Positions 1 to 14,519 of a stretch of DNA of 64,000 bases are shown here, one piece after another. The first letter of the stretch is position 1. Each line of letters opens with the position of its first letter. The stretch lies in the NCBI GenBank assembly GCA_951406725.2, contig OX597816.1, forward strand, positions 24,552,001 to 24,616,000. Reading direction: 5' to 3'. The notes below the pieces were generated by a model, which did not search any database, was not told the DNA's origin, and worked only from the letters and a program-made list of their open reading frames with translations. The position numbers were made by a program, and so were the translations under genes. This DNA comes from Octopus vulgaris (Eukaryota).

Positions 1-1621
1 GTAGTGTGTGTGTGTGTGTGGCATGTGTATGTGTTGTGTGTGATGTGTGCGGTCTGTATGTGTTGTGTGATGTGTGCGTGTCTGTATGTGTGTGTAGCGT
101 GTGTGTATTGTGTGATGTGTATGTGTGTGGTGTTTGTGTGTGTTTGTGTGTGCATGTGTGCATGTGTGTGTGAAACAAGGATTCACTAGTTTGACTTAAG
201 AGTTTTACCTTTAGGCATGTCAGGCTGGATTGAATGGACACAGAACTAACTCATAATTATAATACATATATTTTTGTGTATATATGTGTGTGTATGTCTT
301 ACAAAGTACTGGGTGACCCTGTCAGTGCTGGTGCCAGGTAAAAAACACCAGTGCTGATGCCAATAAAAGGCACAGGTGACAGTGTCACATAAAAAGCATT
401 GGTGATGGTACCATGTAAAAAGAACTGGTGCAGGTGCCACCTAAAAAGCACCTGGTACAATCTGTAAAGTGGTTGGCATTAGGAAGGACATCCCAGCTGT
501 AGAAACGTTGCCAAAACTGACTATGGAACGTGGTGTGGATCCCAGCCTTGCCAGCTCTTGTCAAACCATCCAACCTCTGCCAGCATCGAAAATGGATAAT
601 GATGTGGGGGTGGGTGAGAATATAAGTGAAATTACACAGTGCTGGTTCCACAAAAAGAGCATCCAGTACACTTTGTTAAGTGGTTGGCATTAGGAAAGGT
701 ATCCAAGCACAGAAAGCATGCCAAAATGCAGCATGGCACAGTTCCCCCAAATTGCCCCACCCTTTACCAGTATGAAAGACAGGCAGGAAAAGGACAACAA
801 TGACACCAACAACAAACCTGAGATCATCTGATCAGGAAATGAACTTAACTACACAGCTATACTGGCACCTATGAAACTAAAAGACCCCCTTCGGTCATGA
901 ATGACCATAGGATTGCACCTAGAAAGTTTCCTCAGAGGCACAAGTCCGGGCAAGGCTGTTTGTGGAAGACCAGCAGTCGCCCATGCATACCAGTATCCTC
1001 TCTCTATGCCACTGATTTTATCCAAGGGAAAGACAAAGGCCACCAGTGACGCCGCAACTCATTTCTACAGATGAGTTAACTGGAGCAATATGAAACAAAA
1101 TGTCTTACTTAAAAACACAACGCACAGCCCGGTCCAGGATTCGAACTCACTACCCCATGATTTTGAGCCTAACACTCTAACCACTGAGCCACAGTACCCA
1201 TATAGCTTTAATTGTTCGAACAATTTATAGTACGAGAAAATGGACTTAAATAATCAAAATAAAATGTAAAAATTATTATTGACATAACTGAAATACTCTT
1301 CTTTCACTATCTCAAACAATGTGTTATTTTTCTCTTCTTTTTTAACACATTTTTTTTAGTACTTTGACAACCAATTTTTTATTTACTAAAAGATTATTAA
1401 ATAAATTATTACACTTGCAAGACAGATGTAATAGCTGATTGATGGCCATTCTGAACAGCTACATAGCTACATTATAGAGAAGAAAATGGACAAGGAACTG
1501 GGTGGCTGTTTAATAGTATATTTACTAATCCTTTAGTAAATATAAAAATTAGCTGTAGATAATATGAAAATACCCATCTTTTTTTTTTCTTTTTTGCTGA
1601 ATATTTTTTTTAAAAACTTAC

Positions 1622-1746
1622 CTGAACCCTTCTTTGATGTCCCACAAACAAAGATTTGAATCAAATGATGCACTGCACAATTGATTGGTGTCGACAAAAC
1701 AGACAGAGGAAATGCAATTAGAATGTCCGATGAAATTTCGTAGCTC
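1622..1746 (-). CDS. TEP1: TEP1-like exon, WD40 repeat (ELRNFIGHSNCISSVCFVDTNQLCSASFDSNLCLWDIKEGF); gene continues beyond the window start
   Basis: cttgcag / gtaagt; GH...SASFD...WD signature. Confidence 0.9.
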
Positions 1747-2424
1747 CTGCAAGAGGCAAGAATGAGAACCAGGCTTTATAGATGTCATTCAAAAATACAT
1801 TTTTCTATCTTTTATCTTTCACTTTTTTCAATCATTTGACCATGTAAACCATGGTCAAGTGATTTATTTCAACAAATCAACCCCAGTACTTATTTTTTTT
1901 AAAGCAGCCAAGCCACTATGATACAGGGATGCACACAAACCAACATAGGTTATTAGGTGGTGGGTGAGAAGGCGCACAGACACAAAGACCACACAAACAT
2001 ATATATATATATTTCTTTATTGCCTACAGGGGGATAAACACAGAGGGGACAAACAAAGGGATTAAGTCTATTACATCGACCCCAGTGCATAACTGGTACT
2101 TATTTAATCGACCCCGAAAGGATGAAAGGCAACGTCAACCTCGGCGGAATTTGAACTTAGAACGTAGTAGCAGATAAAATACCTATTTCTTTACTACCCA
2201 CAAGGGGCTAAACACAGAGAGGACAAACAAGAACAGACAAACGGATTAAGTCGATCATATCGACCCCAGTGCGTCACTGGTACTTAATTTATCGACCCCG
2301 AAAGGATGAAAGGCAAAGTCGACTTTGGCAGAATTTGAACTCAGAATGCAGTGGCAGATGAAATACCGCTAAGCATTTTGCCCGGCATGCTAACGATTCT
2401 GCCAGCTCGCCACACAAACATATA

Positions 2425-2625
2425 TAGTATCCCTTGACAATCACAGGTGTTATGTTCCAAAAACCCCCACGTTAGGTGAAAATCCATCCACGAAAGAGAA
2501 ACAGTACTGTACTGTATATTTTTATAATTTGTATATATTTATTTTATTATAAATGCAAAACAACACCACGGAGGAATCGACGTAAGCTTAAATAATAAAC
2601 TGCGAAATGTAGCGAGGGATTACTG
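2425..2625. mobile_element. pogo/Tigger-like MITE
   Basis: Imperfect TIRs tagtatcccttg / cgagggattactg with TA flanks; similar end at about 35348. Confidence 0.6.
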
Positions 2626-4413
2626 TACACACACATGCATGCATACACACACACACATACACATGCATGCACACACACACACATACACATGCACGCACAC
2701 ACACACATACACATGCACACACACTGCCTCTTCATCACCATAGACTTTCTATGATAGCATATGACTGTCATATTTATCCTTATTTTACTCATCCTTTCCC
2801 TGTATTTCATGACCTGCATCACTATCATTCCTCCTGCCCCATCTCCTCCTCCCACCTCCTAAAACATCTCATAATCATCATCATCATCATCATCAACATA
2901 ACAATCCCTGGAAATTATTGTCTCAAATCCTAGAACTAATAGCGTCAGTCACCCAGCTTCCATGGCATATAAGTGACCAAGTTCACAACATTGCCCCTGG
3001 ATGGGACACCATCACAGCTGAACAGACTGAAACAATGTGAAATGAAGTATCTTGCTCAAGAACACAACAGAAATCATGGTTTGAGAAATGAAACCACAAC
3101 CTTGCAGTTGTCAGTATGACTGTCAAATCTAATGCTTATTTATTCTCATCATTTAGAATTAATCACGCATTACCTTGTGGCTCTGAGATTCCAATGATGT
3201 GATTATTTATTCTTAAAATGACATTGTAGGGCAAGTCTGAGAGGCAGGACCTGGCCAGTTTGAACACAGAACAGGGAGAATATTTTGGACAGATATTCTT
3301 TTATTCTTTTATGTGTTTTAGTTATTTGATTGCAGCCATGCTGGAGCACCGCCTTTAGTCAAGCAAATCGACCCCCAGAACTTATTCTTTGTAAGTCTAG
3401 TACTTATTCGATCGGTCTCTTTTGCACCAGCATCGGTTGGAGACACACAAACTTATACATACACACACACACTCACACACACACACACACACATTTATAT
3501 ATATATAGACAACAGGCTTCTTTCAGTCTCAATCTACCAAATCCTCTCACAAGGCTTTGGTCAGCCCAAGGCTATAATAGAAGACACTTGCCCAAGGTGC
3601 CACACAGTGGGACTGAACCCAGAACCAAGTGGTTGGTAAGCAAGCTACTCACCACACAGCCAAACACAAAAGGGTTAAAACATCTACTGCTGTAGAAATA
3701 TCCACTTTATTTCTGATGCTCCTATAACCAGTTGGTTGTCCCTTTGTAATGGAAGCCAGCTATTTCCTATTTCCTTTCAATATGATGACTAAAACTCATA
3801 GGATGTTTAAGTTAATCTAGCACGACTGTCCGCTGTTGCGTATTATGAATATTTGTTCTTTATTGAAAGTTTGCATTGCGAATGTTGCCAGCGTATGCAT
3901 AATGAATATCCAGGTTTCCTCTCAGTACTTCCCACCCTTATAACAAAAGGGATTGTCTTTGTTTTGCTACTATTGTTATTGTTTTTTTTGTTGTTGTTGT
4001 TGGTATGCTCAGATGAACATTAATCGAAAGAGAAGGAAAAAATGCAGTGACCATTCAACTACCTCATCAACCTTTTCATGGACATCGGTTTTTGGAATTA
4101 TAACTGCATGAGAAAAATGACATTTAGCTGAAACAACAACAACAGCAGCAGCAGATGCTGACGACAATGCTGACGCTACCACTACCACCACCACCACCAC
4201 CACCACCACCATCATCATCAGTGTTATCTTAATTAGTGTTAACTACAATTTTATTTACAACGATTTGGATAAATAGAAATATTATATTTCTAAATATTTC
4301 GAAAGCCAGTCAAGGTAGCGCTGGCATCAACCATGTTCGGATAGTGCTTTTTACGTGCCACCGACACAGGTATCACAACTACAATTTCCATTTGATATAT
4401 ATATATATATATA

Positions 4414-4646
4414 CAGGGTTGATCAAAAGTCACCCGACAGTAAATCAAAATTCCATAAATACTATCTGTAAGTCTGTATTGACTCGAATGGAAAAGTATG
4501 TCACTCAAGAAGGACTTCAGTTTGAACATTTCTCATGATGTTTCACATTCAGATGCTTTTATTAAATTCATTCAGTTGTTAAAGATAAATAGATCTTGGA
4601 ATTAAATGGTTTTGATATACTGTAAGGTGACTTTTGGCCAACCCTG
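4414..4646. mobile_element. Tc1/mariner-type MITE
   Basis: TIRs cagggttgatcaaaagtcacc / ggtgacttttggccaaccctg; TA flanks. Confidence 0.8.
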
Positions 4647-4725
<79 letters not shown>

Positions 4726-5639
4726 TGTTTAATGTACACAGTATACAGTTATGAGCTAACAGTTTCATACATTGGAGGTATTTTCTAGACAGGTTTTAAT
4801 AGAAAACATCACCAATGTATGAAACTATAAGTAGCTCATAACTACTGTATACATTAAACAGCATTTATCTCTAACCAGATAGAGTACTTTTTTTGTTGAT
4901 CTTAACAGAATAGTCAACTTGTGTATGTGTGTGTGTGTGTCTGTGTGTGAGTGTGCACATGTGTTTCTCCCCCCATCATTGCTCAACAACAGGCATTGGT
5001 GTATTTACAGCCTCACAACTTAGCAGTTCAGCAAGAGATACTGATAGAATAAATGGCAGACTTAAAAAAAACAGCTCCTGAAGTCAATTCATTCAATTAA
5101 GAATTCTTCAAGGCGGTACCCCAGCATGGCCACAGTCTAATGACTGCAACAAGTTAAAGATAAAAGATATATAGGTACCACGTCTGAAAACAGGAAGACA
5201 GACTGGTCTCAGGTGAAATGCATTTAATCATAGGTATGTTCAACAAGTACTAACCTGAGATTAAAGTACAGCTAATACTTCTTACATGGAGGCACATGGC
5301 CTAGTGGTTAGAGCAGCAGGCTCACAGTTGAAACCGGCCCTTATGAGCCAGGTGTGGCTCGAGAAGGAACAAACAACAAACAATACTTTTTACAGTGGCA
5401 ATAAAGTAATGAAAGATTGAGATCACCCTAACTGGATATGAACCCAGAAATTATGTACTGCAGAGCTTTTGGCCTGATGCTTTCTGTATCCTCAAGGCTG
5501 CCTATATCAAAAGTTGCTTCCATTCCACAACAGCTTCCCAATACAAGCCACAATGTTCTTTACCATCCATAAAGTGAACTATATCAGCTCTTTCATGTTT
5601 TACAAGGCAAACACACGGACACACATGTTTAAACACTCA

Positions 5640-5665
5640 TACATACATATATTCATCTATACATA

Positions 5666-5705
<40 letters not shown>

Positions 5706-5932
5706 CATAGACACATACACATATGCATTCTTTTACTCGTTTACTTGTTTCAGTCATTTGACTATGCCCATGCTGGAGCACTGCTTGTAACATGTATGTA
5801 TATATATATATATATATATACAGGTACATGTATGTCTATATATACATATATATCCACACACACATATATATGTATGTATACATATATATATATATATACA
5901 TACATATATGCACACACATATACATATGTATG

Positions 5933-5963
<31 letters not shown>

Positions 5964-6028
5964 GTATGTATGTATATATGTGTGTATATATATACATATA
6001 TACATATATATATATATGTATATATATC

Positions 6029-6067
<39 letters not shown>

Positions 6068-6190
6068 GTATATATACATATATATATATGTATGTATATA
6101 TACATATACATATATATGTATGTATATATACATATACATATATATGTATGTATATATACATATGCATATATATATATGCATATATACATA

Positions 6191-6227
<37 letters not shown>

Positions 6228-6410
6228 TTATACACACATACACATTTATACACACCTTTATACACATAATTACAATAATTACATTCACATACACATATAT
6301 GATGTACATGCATTATATACATATTATATACATATACATATACATATATACATATACATATACATACATATATAAATATATATATGTGTGTGTGTGTGTG
6401 TGTGTATGTA
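5640..6410. repeat. (TA)n/(TACA)n microsatellite block; similar blocks at 17400-17800 and 18190-18605
   Basis: Direct inspection. Confidence 0.95.
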
Positions 6411-7460
6411 TTTGAACTCTTATTGTCTTTACAGCACTCCTTTCCTAACATTAATTAATTTTAGCTTTTTATAAACAAATTTATTTCATCCATTTAATGT
6501 TTGTCTATTGATCCATATCTAAAGCTTGTATCAAAACTGCTTAAAATTGCTGCCAGAATTGGAATTACAAAATTCTATAAAGATGCTTAAATATCTATGA
6601 ATGCCAGTCTATAAAAGGAATCAAAGAAATTTTTCAACACATTTCTTTGAAATTAATATATTCTCTTTGTTATCTTTACAAACGATATGTAATTCAAAAG
6701 TTTCTTTTTGAAGTGGAATATAATTAAATTTAGATGTTCCTAATCCAAAAATTACACCTTTGTTTTTGTTTTTTTTAAAAACTTTTTTCCAATGCCTCAT
6801 CCTTTCACTTATTGTATTTAAGATTGATAAGTGGAGGAATGTCTTATTGATTTATAGTTTTTGTCCTTTATCTTTTACTTGTTTCAGTCATTAGACTGTG
6901 GCCATGCTGGGGCACTGTCTTGAAATATTTTAGTTGAATAAATCAACCCCAGTACTTACTAAGTTGCAGGGACATAAACCCACCAACACCAGTTATCAAG
7001 CAGTGGGGGAGGGGAACAAAGACACATCCATCCATCCACCCACCCACCCACCAACCTACCTACCTACCTACCTACCTACCTATCTATATGTATGTACATA
7101 TATATATATATATATTGCTGCTGCTGAGACCATGGGATTGCACCTAGAAAGTTACCCTTCCAGGCACAAGTCCGGGTAAGGGTTGTTTATAGAAGACCAG
7201 CAGTCGCCCATGCATACCGGTCTCCCCTCTCCATGCCACCAGTGTTATCCAAGGGAAAGGCAAAGGCCGATATAGATACAGTTTGGCACCAGTGACGTCG
7301 CAGCTCATTTCTACAGCTGAATTAACTGGAGCAACATGAAATAAAGTTTCTTACTCAAGAACACAACACGCAGCCTGGTCCGGGATTCAAACTCACAACC
7401 TCACGATCGTAAGCTTGATGCTCTAACCACTAAGCCATGCGCCTTCACACACACACACAC

Positions 7461-8455
7461 AACGTAAAAACCCATGTAATTTGTGCACCTGTGTAATTTA
7501 CGCAGGTGATTTTCAGGATAAAAATTAATTAAAAAAAAGCTTCTACTCATGTAAAATTTGCACCCAAAAGTCTTCAGAATTCCTGATATGGCCAGAGGAA
7601 AAAAAAGGTTTTCAATTTAGTTGTATTTAGCATAATTTCACTTACTTATGATAAAATTTTATTAAATTTTCATTAAATAAAAATAATTTCTGTTTAACAG
7701 GTATCACATTAAAAGCTATTAAATTACAAAGTGCTTGTGTTGTCTTCTATATGAATAAAATCCATTTTGCTCACTCACTATACCCTCCCTTTCCCTCAAT
7801 GATGTCAGTCCGCTTTACTCACTCACTATACCCTCCTCTTCCCTCAATTTTAGCGTTCCAATAAAAATAAGTAAATGAAAAATATGACGCTGATTGTCAG
7901 CTGGTATCTGTGTGTGTGTGTGTGACTGTATGAGACTATGTATTTAAGTATTTGTATGTGTATGTAACTGTATGAAACTGTGTGTTTGTGTGTCTCCGCG
8001 TAACTGTTTGAAATTAGCTGAAAATAACCAAAGTATAATTTCACAAATTGTGAGTAGATGATAGCTGTATGCACATATCATTATCATCGTTTAACGTCCG
8101 TTTTCCATGCTAGCACGGGTTGGACGGTTTGACTGGGGTCTGGGAAGCCAGAAGGCTGCACCAGGCTCCAGTCTGATCTGGTAGTGTTTCTACGGCTCGA
8201 TGCCCTTCCTAACATCAACCACTCCGTGAGTGTAGTGGGTGCTTTTTACGTGCCAGTGAGGCTGGCAATGGCCACAATTGGTTGGTGCTATTTACGTGCC
8301 ACCGGCACGGAGGCCAGACGGGGCGGCGCTGGCAACGGCCACGTTCGGATGGTTCTTTTTATGTGCCACCGGTACAGGTGCCAGGGGAGGCTGGCAATGG
8401 CCACGATCGGTCGGTGCTTTTTATGTGCCAGCGGCACGAAAGCTAGTCGCACACA

Positions 8456-8548
<93 letters not shown>

Positions 8549-8827
8549 TGTGTGTGTGTGACTATTATACATTAATGTATGTTTGGATATATATATATAT
8601 ATAAAGTTAATCCAAACAAGAAAACACAAAAAAACACAGCAACGCGAGGACGTGGAACAAATAAAGTATTATTGGACGCTCAGGAAAGAAGGGAAGAAGG
8701 AGGGTTTAACGTTTTGAGCAGAGCTCTTCGTCGGAAACATAGGAGAAGGTAAGATCCAGAGAAGGGAAGACAGAGGAAAAAAAAATTGCTGGCGGTGCTC
8801 ACGAGGTCACATGTTGAAAGAACGACA

Positions 8828-8863
<36 letters not shown>

Positions 8864-9374
8864 CACATGTATATGTACATGTGTGCTTCCCTTTCTTTTC
8901 TCACATACACTCACAGACGAGTGCACACAGGAAAAGTTGTTAAGAATTATCAACAACAACAAAGCTGATAAATATGCACCAGTATTGCAAATTAAGTTCA
9001 ATTACCAATAAATATCAGCTTGGATGACACTTTACTCAACCGAATAAAATATGTAAAATATGGCCCGGACTGTCATTACCAGCATGTACATCAGACTTTA
9101 AAAAGTAGTTTACCATTTAATGGTTTTAGTAAATTTATACAGAAAAAGTAAGCATTATACTGCCCATCATAAATAAAAGTCAACTTCATTATATTTAGGC
9201 CCTTTAAATGAGTCAACTTCCGGTACAAATGTTTGTTTCTTTGTATATCTTTTTTCAACAAAAAAAATTCTAAAAAAATTCTGTAAATGATCTACTCATG
9301 TAATTTACACCCCAACCTAAAGTTTATTTTTATTTTTGCGAAAAAAAGTGATTAAATTACATGGGGCTTTATGG
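7461..9374. mobile_element. Non-autonomous DNA transposon with nested SINE, microsatellite and PLE-like insertions
   Basis: Imperfect TIRs cgtaaaaacccatgtaattt / aaattacatggggctttatgg; internal repeat tctactcatgtaa. Confidence 0.55.
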
Positions 9375-9600
9375 TATATACATATATATATATCTTTTAC
9401 TTGTTTCAGTCATTTGACTGTGGCCAAGCTGGAGCACCGCTTTTAGTCGAGCAAATCGACCCCAGGACTTATTCTTTGTAAGCCTAGTACTTATTCTATC
9501 ATTCTCTTTTGCTGAACCACTAAGTTACGGGGATGTAAACACACCAGCATCAGTTGTCAAGCAATGTTGGGGGGACAAACACAGATGCACAAACGTATAT

Positions 9601-9631
<31 letters not shown>

Positions 9632-10118
9632 CATATATACGACGGACTTCTTTCAGTTTCCGTCTACCAAATCCACTCACAAGGCTTTGGTCAGCCTGAG
9701 GCTATAGTAGAAGACACTTGCCCAAGGTGCCACGCAGTGGGATTGAACCCGGAACCATGTGGTTTGTAAGCAAGCTACTTACCACAGAGCCACTCTTTTG
9801 CATATATATATACACACATATATATATATATACACACGTATATAGGGAGAGTTTACGAAAAAACAAAAGATGAAGACAGGTGGTGTACAAAACAAACAGA
9901 TGTATTAGTATAACGCTCAGGAATAGAAAAAGTCTTTTACATTTAGAGTCTACGCTCTTCTACAGAAAGGGACACAGAAAAAACAAGGAGAGAAAAAAAT
10001 GTGTGTAGTGGCTAACAATCTATATATATACACATATATATACAATTTATATTCATTTAAAAGAAGAAAATGGAGATTATGAAGTTAATTGTTTATTATT
10101 AACAGCAAATTAGTCATC

Positions 10119-10194
10119 TTCACTTACAGCCATTTCAATTAGTACTCAATAAACATTAAATTTATGCAACATGAGCATAATATCATCAGAGGAA
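10119..10194 (-). ncRNA. Decayed hammerhead-like motif
   Basis: ttcct CTGATGA ... GAAA TGGCTG TA agtgaa; stem II pairs poorly. Confidence 0.35.
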
Positions 10195-10523
10195 AGGAAA
10201 AAAGATGTACCTTCGGATGCTAAATGTGTCTTCATGTTTTTATTGAGAGAGAGAGAGAGAGAGAGAGACATTACAATTTATTAATTGAACATGATTAACA
10301 TAAATATTTTCTCCCTCTTCATATACATAAAGAGAAATATGGTCATACATATATATATATAGAGAGAGAAAGGAGTGGAAAAGAAGGAGAGAAAAGTTAC
10401 AATAAGATAAACATTAATATGTCTGATGTCAAATAAGTCAGCATCAAATCAGCGACACCAAATAGGTAGCGCCAAAACAGCTATGCCAAAACGTCTCATA
10501 CCTTGAGAAGTAATGCATTAGAG

Positions 10524-10824
10524 CAGTAGTTCCCAAAATGAGTGGTTTTGCCCCCCTGGGGGTAGTGGAAAGTTCCAAGGGGATGTTGAAGAAAAGTGGG
10601 GTGAGAAGGGGGTAGCGATTCATGTAAAAATTGGGGTGATACTGGGGTAGAGATTCATGTAAAAACAACAAAATAATGGGTTCATGAGGTTAAGTTTTAT
10701 TTGTGAAATACAGTTGCTTTGGATTTGCTTCAGAAAGAGGTCTGTGTTTGTTGGGGTGGGGGCGCTAGGAATGTGACCTGGATGTCAAGGGGTCGGCAGC
10801 CCGAAAAAAATTTGGGAACCCCTG
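10524..10824. mobile_element. hAT-type MITE
   Basis: TIRs cagtagttcccaaa / tttgggaacccctg; perfect 8-bp TSD CATTAGAG. Confidence 0.85.
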
Positions 10825-10933
10825 CATTAGAGGGTGACCAAGAAACAGAGAATTTCTGGAATGGATACAGAAGGGGGAGGGGAGAGAGGGGGAGAAAGAG
10901 AGGGAGAGAGTAAGAAATAAACTGTTAACCTAC

Positions 10934-11029
10934 ATTGCCAGTTTGGGCATCAAACAGGTGTACCACACCATCTTCGCATCCGCAAGCCAAAAGAGAGTTA
11001 TCAGATGACAGAGCAACACAGGTAGGATT
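10934..11029 (-). CDS. TEP1: TEP1-like exon, WD40 repeat (NPTCVALSSDNSLLACGCEDGVVHLFDAQTGN)
   Basis: atttcag / gtaggt; classic WD40 blade. Confidence 0.88.
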
Positions 11030-11616
11030 CTGAAATCAGAAAAAATTTACTTATTAAACAAAGTGGTTATTAAAATCAAAACGATATCAAATGGTGGCCA
11101 CGTTACTCGTTAAAAACATAAATGTGTTTGATTTTAGCTTACTAACAGTCAGTAGTAGTAGTAGCAGCAGCAGCAGCAGCCGTCCAAGAATTTGGACCTG
11201 GAGATCTCCATTTCCAGCAACTTCGAGGGCCACCTCCCATTGGTGTCAGGCGTCAACAAAGAGCCCTCGACTACAAGACGACCAAAGTGTTTTTTTTTCC
11301 CCAAGGTTTGGAGTCTTTCGCCCCTAAGCCCTAGACTTTATTATTATTATTATTAAGGTGATGAACTGATAGTATTGTCAGCATGTTGAATAAAAATGCT
11401 TGGTGGTGTTTCTTCTGGCTGTTTACATTCTGAGTTCAAATTCTGCCGAGGTCAACTATGCCTTTCATCCGTTCAGAGTCGATAAAATAAGTACCAGTTG
11501 AGCACTGGGTATGTTTGTGTATGTGTGTGTGTGTGTGTGTGTGAATATAACCACCTTAACCCACTCCCTTCAATATTGCTCATCTTGCACCAAAATTAGA
11601 AAAACTACTACTACTA

Positions 11617-11648
<32 letters not shown>

Positions 11649-12977
11649 ATTACTACTAGTGCTGCTGCTGCTGCTACTACTACTACTACTACTAGTGCTG
11701 CTGCTGCTATTGGGGTTGAACTAACAACACTGTATTTTAATCTCCCCTAATTTTTTGTAAAAACCCCAAATTTTAGGTGCATATTCCTTTTCTCTTCTTT
11801 TTTGTTCATCCTTTCATCCTGGTACGACTTTAAGTCTATAAAAATATGTTTTGCATTTTCTGAAACTAACACAGTTTATCTTATTAAATAAATAACTTTT
11901 TTATTCACTTTAGATTTGATTGTTTATGTTTTTACATCCTGTCATTCCTAACAAAATTTATAAAAAATATTTATTTACCAATTAATTTAATTTTTGACAA
12001 TTTCACCAAGTTTATGATAAATTTACAACCAAAATATTTATAATTCGTTTTTATGTCATCTTTTAAAATACTGCATCTTGAACTTTTCCTAAAATTTACA
12101 GAGTTTGTGACACTTTTACCATATATTTTTTTATGTTAATTTTTAATTTATTGCATTCCAGATACTTTTTGAAACCTTATAAAATATATCCTTTGTTTTT
12201 GTTGTTCGTTTGCAAGATTCTTAATGTGAACTCCTGTGCTGAAACATATTTTGTATCTCAGGAGAGTTATTATGGCAATAATACACACATTCAGTGATTC
12301 TGTTTCACTCTGGCAATTTGCTTGCTTCAGAACACATGTGGAGCTATGTAAAATCGTGGCCATCCATACATACAGGTATGTCCTTTGCAGCTATCCACAT
12401 AATTTGTCCTCTGTCAAAAGTCCACCACAACTCATCATCCCCAAACCCCCATCCCGACACCCCTCCATCCCAAAAGATTCCCACAATCTCAACACCCCTC
12501 CATCCACCACCCATGATCACCACCACTGCAGGTCCCTCCACTCACTCCCACATGCTTATCCACACTATCTCCATACCCTAACATATCTACGAACCTCCCC
12601 AACCAACCAACCATTCCAATTTCTCTCATCATCACTTGCGACAGTCACCTCTTCCCCATCTATTATTTCTCCTTACGCTCTTATGGAACATGCCCCTCTG
12701 TATCACTTATACTTCCTCCACTGTTTCCTGTGAGTACCTCCCCCAACATATCTCCAACACTATCAATTTTCTCTCTTTCTCTTTCTCTCTCTTCTCCCTG
12801 ACTCATTATCATTCTCCCTCTAACTCTATCTCTCCTTCTCATTTTTTTCCTTATGAGAATAGCCAAGTATCTCCTCTACAGTAAGACACCTATCTCTATC
12901 CCTCTTATATTCTAACCTCTCACCTGACCACCAGCATAGCTGGGAGGGGGCACGGTAGGGGCAGTACGTTCCTTGCA

Positions 12978-13106
12978 GTACTTTTAAAGGGGGTAGCACT
13001 TTTAGAGGGACAGCACATTTAAAGGGGTGGCACTTTTAAAGGAGTGGAACTTTTAAAGGGGTAGCACTTTTAAAAGGATGGCACTTTTAAAGGGATGGCA
13101 CTTTTG
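12978..13106. repeat. Tandem repeat of about 18 bp (gcacttttaaaggggtgg variants)
   Basis: About seven visible copies. Confidence 0.75.
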
Positions 13107-14362
13107 GGTTTGCTGTAGGTGGTATGTGTTTTTTGTGGGGTCCGGGGGTGGCAAACGGAAGGGCTTCCCCAGGCAGCACACACTCTAGCTACACTGGTGC
13201 ATCTGATATGAAGCTACTTCCCTTGGTGCCACTCCCTCTCCCAGCTGACAGGTCTTCATTTCACAAGTTACTTGGCAACCCTGCTGCTGTTGGTGCCACA
13301 TAAAAGTCTCAATGCTTGTGCCTCATAAAAAGCCCCAGTGCTGGTGCTACATAAAAAGCACCCAGTACACTCTATAAAGTGGTTGGAATTAGGAAGGGCA
13401 TCCAGCCATAGAAACCACACCAAAGCAGACAATGGAGCCTGGTGCAACCCTCTGGCTTGTCAGCTTCTGTCACACCATCCAACCCTTGCCCACAGGGAAA
13501 ATAGGCATTAAATGATGATGATGGTGGTGGTGGTGGTGGCAGTGGTGGTGGCGGTGGTGGTGGTGGTGGTGGTTTTGGTGGTGGTGGTGGAGGTAGTGGT
13601 GGTGGTTGTGGTGGTGGTGGTGGTGGTGGTGGTGGAGGTGGTGGTGGAGGTGGTGATAACTAACTATTTAACCAACCAATCAGTCAGGTTTGTCAAAGTC
13701 CTCTTTGTCACCATTCACAACCTCATAAATGGAATAGAGAGGGCCTGTCACTAATGAGGTCATGAGTGGCAATGAAAGGACTTTAACAAAGCTAGCTGAA
13801 AGATTGATTGACCAAATGATTAATCAGGCCATCCATCTTCTCTCCCCCAGTGCCCTTAGGAGGCTCATGGAGGTAAAGTCCTCAGGCAGCTCCTCCACAG
13901 GCTTGTATCAGAAGCAACCATCATTACACTTTTAACTGCTGTCATTAGACTTTCCTAATCAAAAAATTAATGAGTTAATGGGTTAAATGATTAACATCAC
14001 TTCACTTCATACTCTTGCTTGATGGGTTTTGGGTCATCCCAGGTTAGTGGTTGCAGAGGCATCATCATGCACAGAGATAACCAAGCCCACCGGTGCTCCC
14101 CCTCACTGGTGGTTCCATACCAGCCCCTCTGCATCTTCCAAGATGATGCTGAGCCTCTGGAGATCTTCCTTAATCACATTCAGTCACATCCACATGATTA
14201 ACTGCTTTAAAAAAAATTGACAAATGAATAAAGAAGTGAAATATAACCAGTGCATGTGTCTGTTATTGGCAGAATGACCCTCCCAAGATACAACAAAATA
14301 AATCTAATTAAAAACAAAAAGAAAGAAAGAAGTGAAAAATGAACAACATCTTGCTTGTTTAC

Positions 14363-14519
14363 CTCAGGCAGGTTATCAATCAACAGGTTGCAAGGGTCCT
14401 TCGTGGTTGGATGATTATTCCAGTGGACATAAACCATTTTATCAACAGTCATTGCTTTCTTGTAGACGCTGTTGCTGCGGGAACCATTGATAGCTTGCTG
14501 CCATGTCAGTGATGGACAT
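14363..14519 (-). CDS. TEP1: TEP1-like exon (CPSLTWQQAINGS...VHWNNHP...LIDNLPE)
   Basis: ttctccag / gtaaac; PxLxxQQAxN and WxNxP motifs precede the WD40 region. Confidence 0.85.

Noticed and set aside
4062-4127. Possible extra minus-strand exon (AKCHFSHAVIIPKTDVHEKVDE)
   Set aside because: Exons 10934-11029 and 1622-1746 already join into a clean WD40 sequence (TGN-ELRNFIGH); including this piece needs a weak alternative donor and breaks the repeat.
5514-6451. Long YI/IY-rich ORFs (also at 17224-18805)
   Set aside because: Translations of (TA)n/(TACA)n microsatellites.
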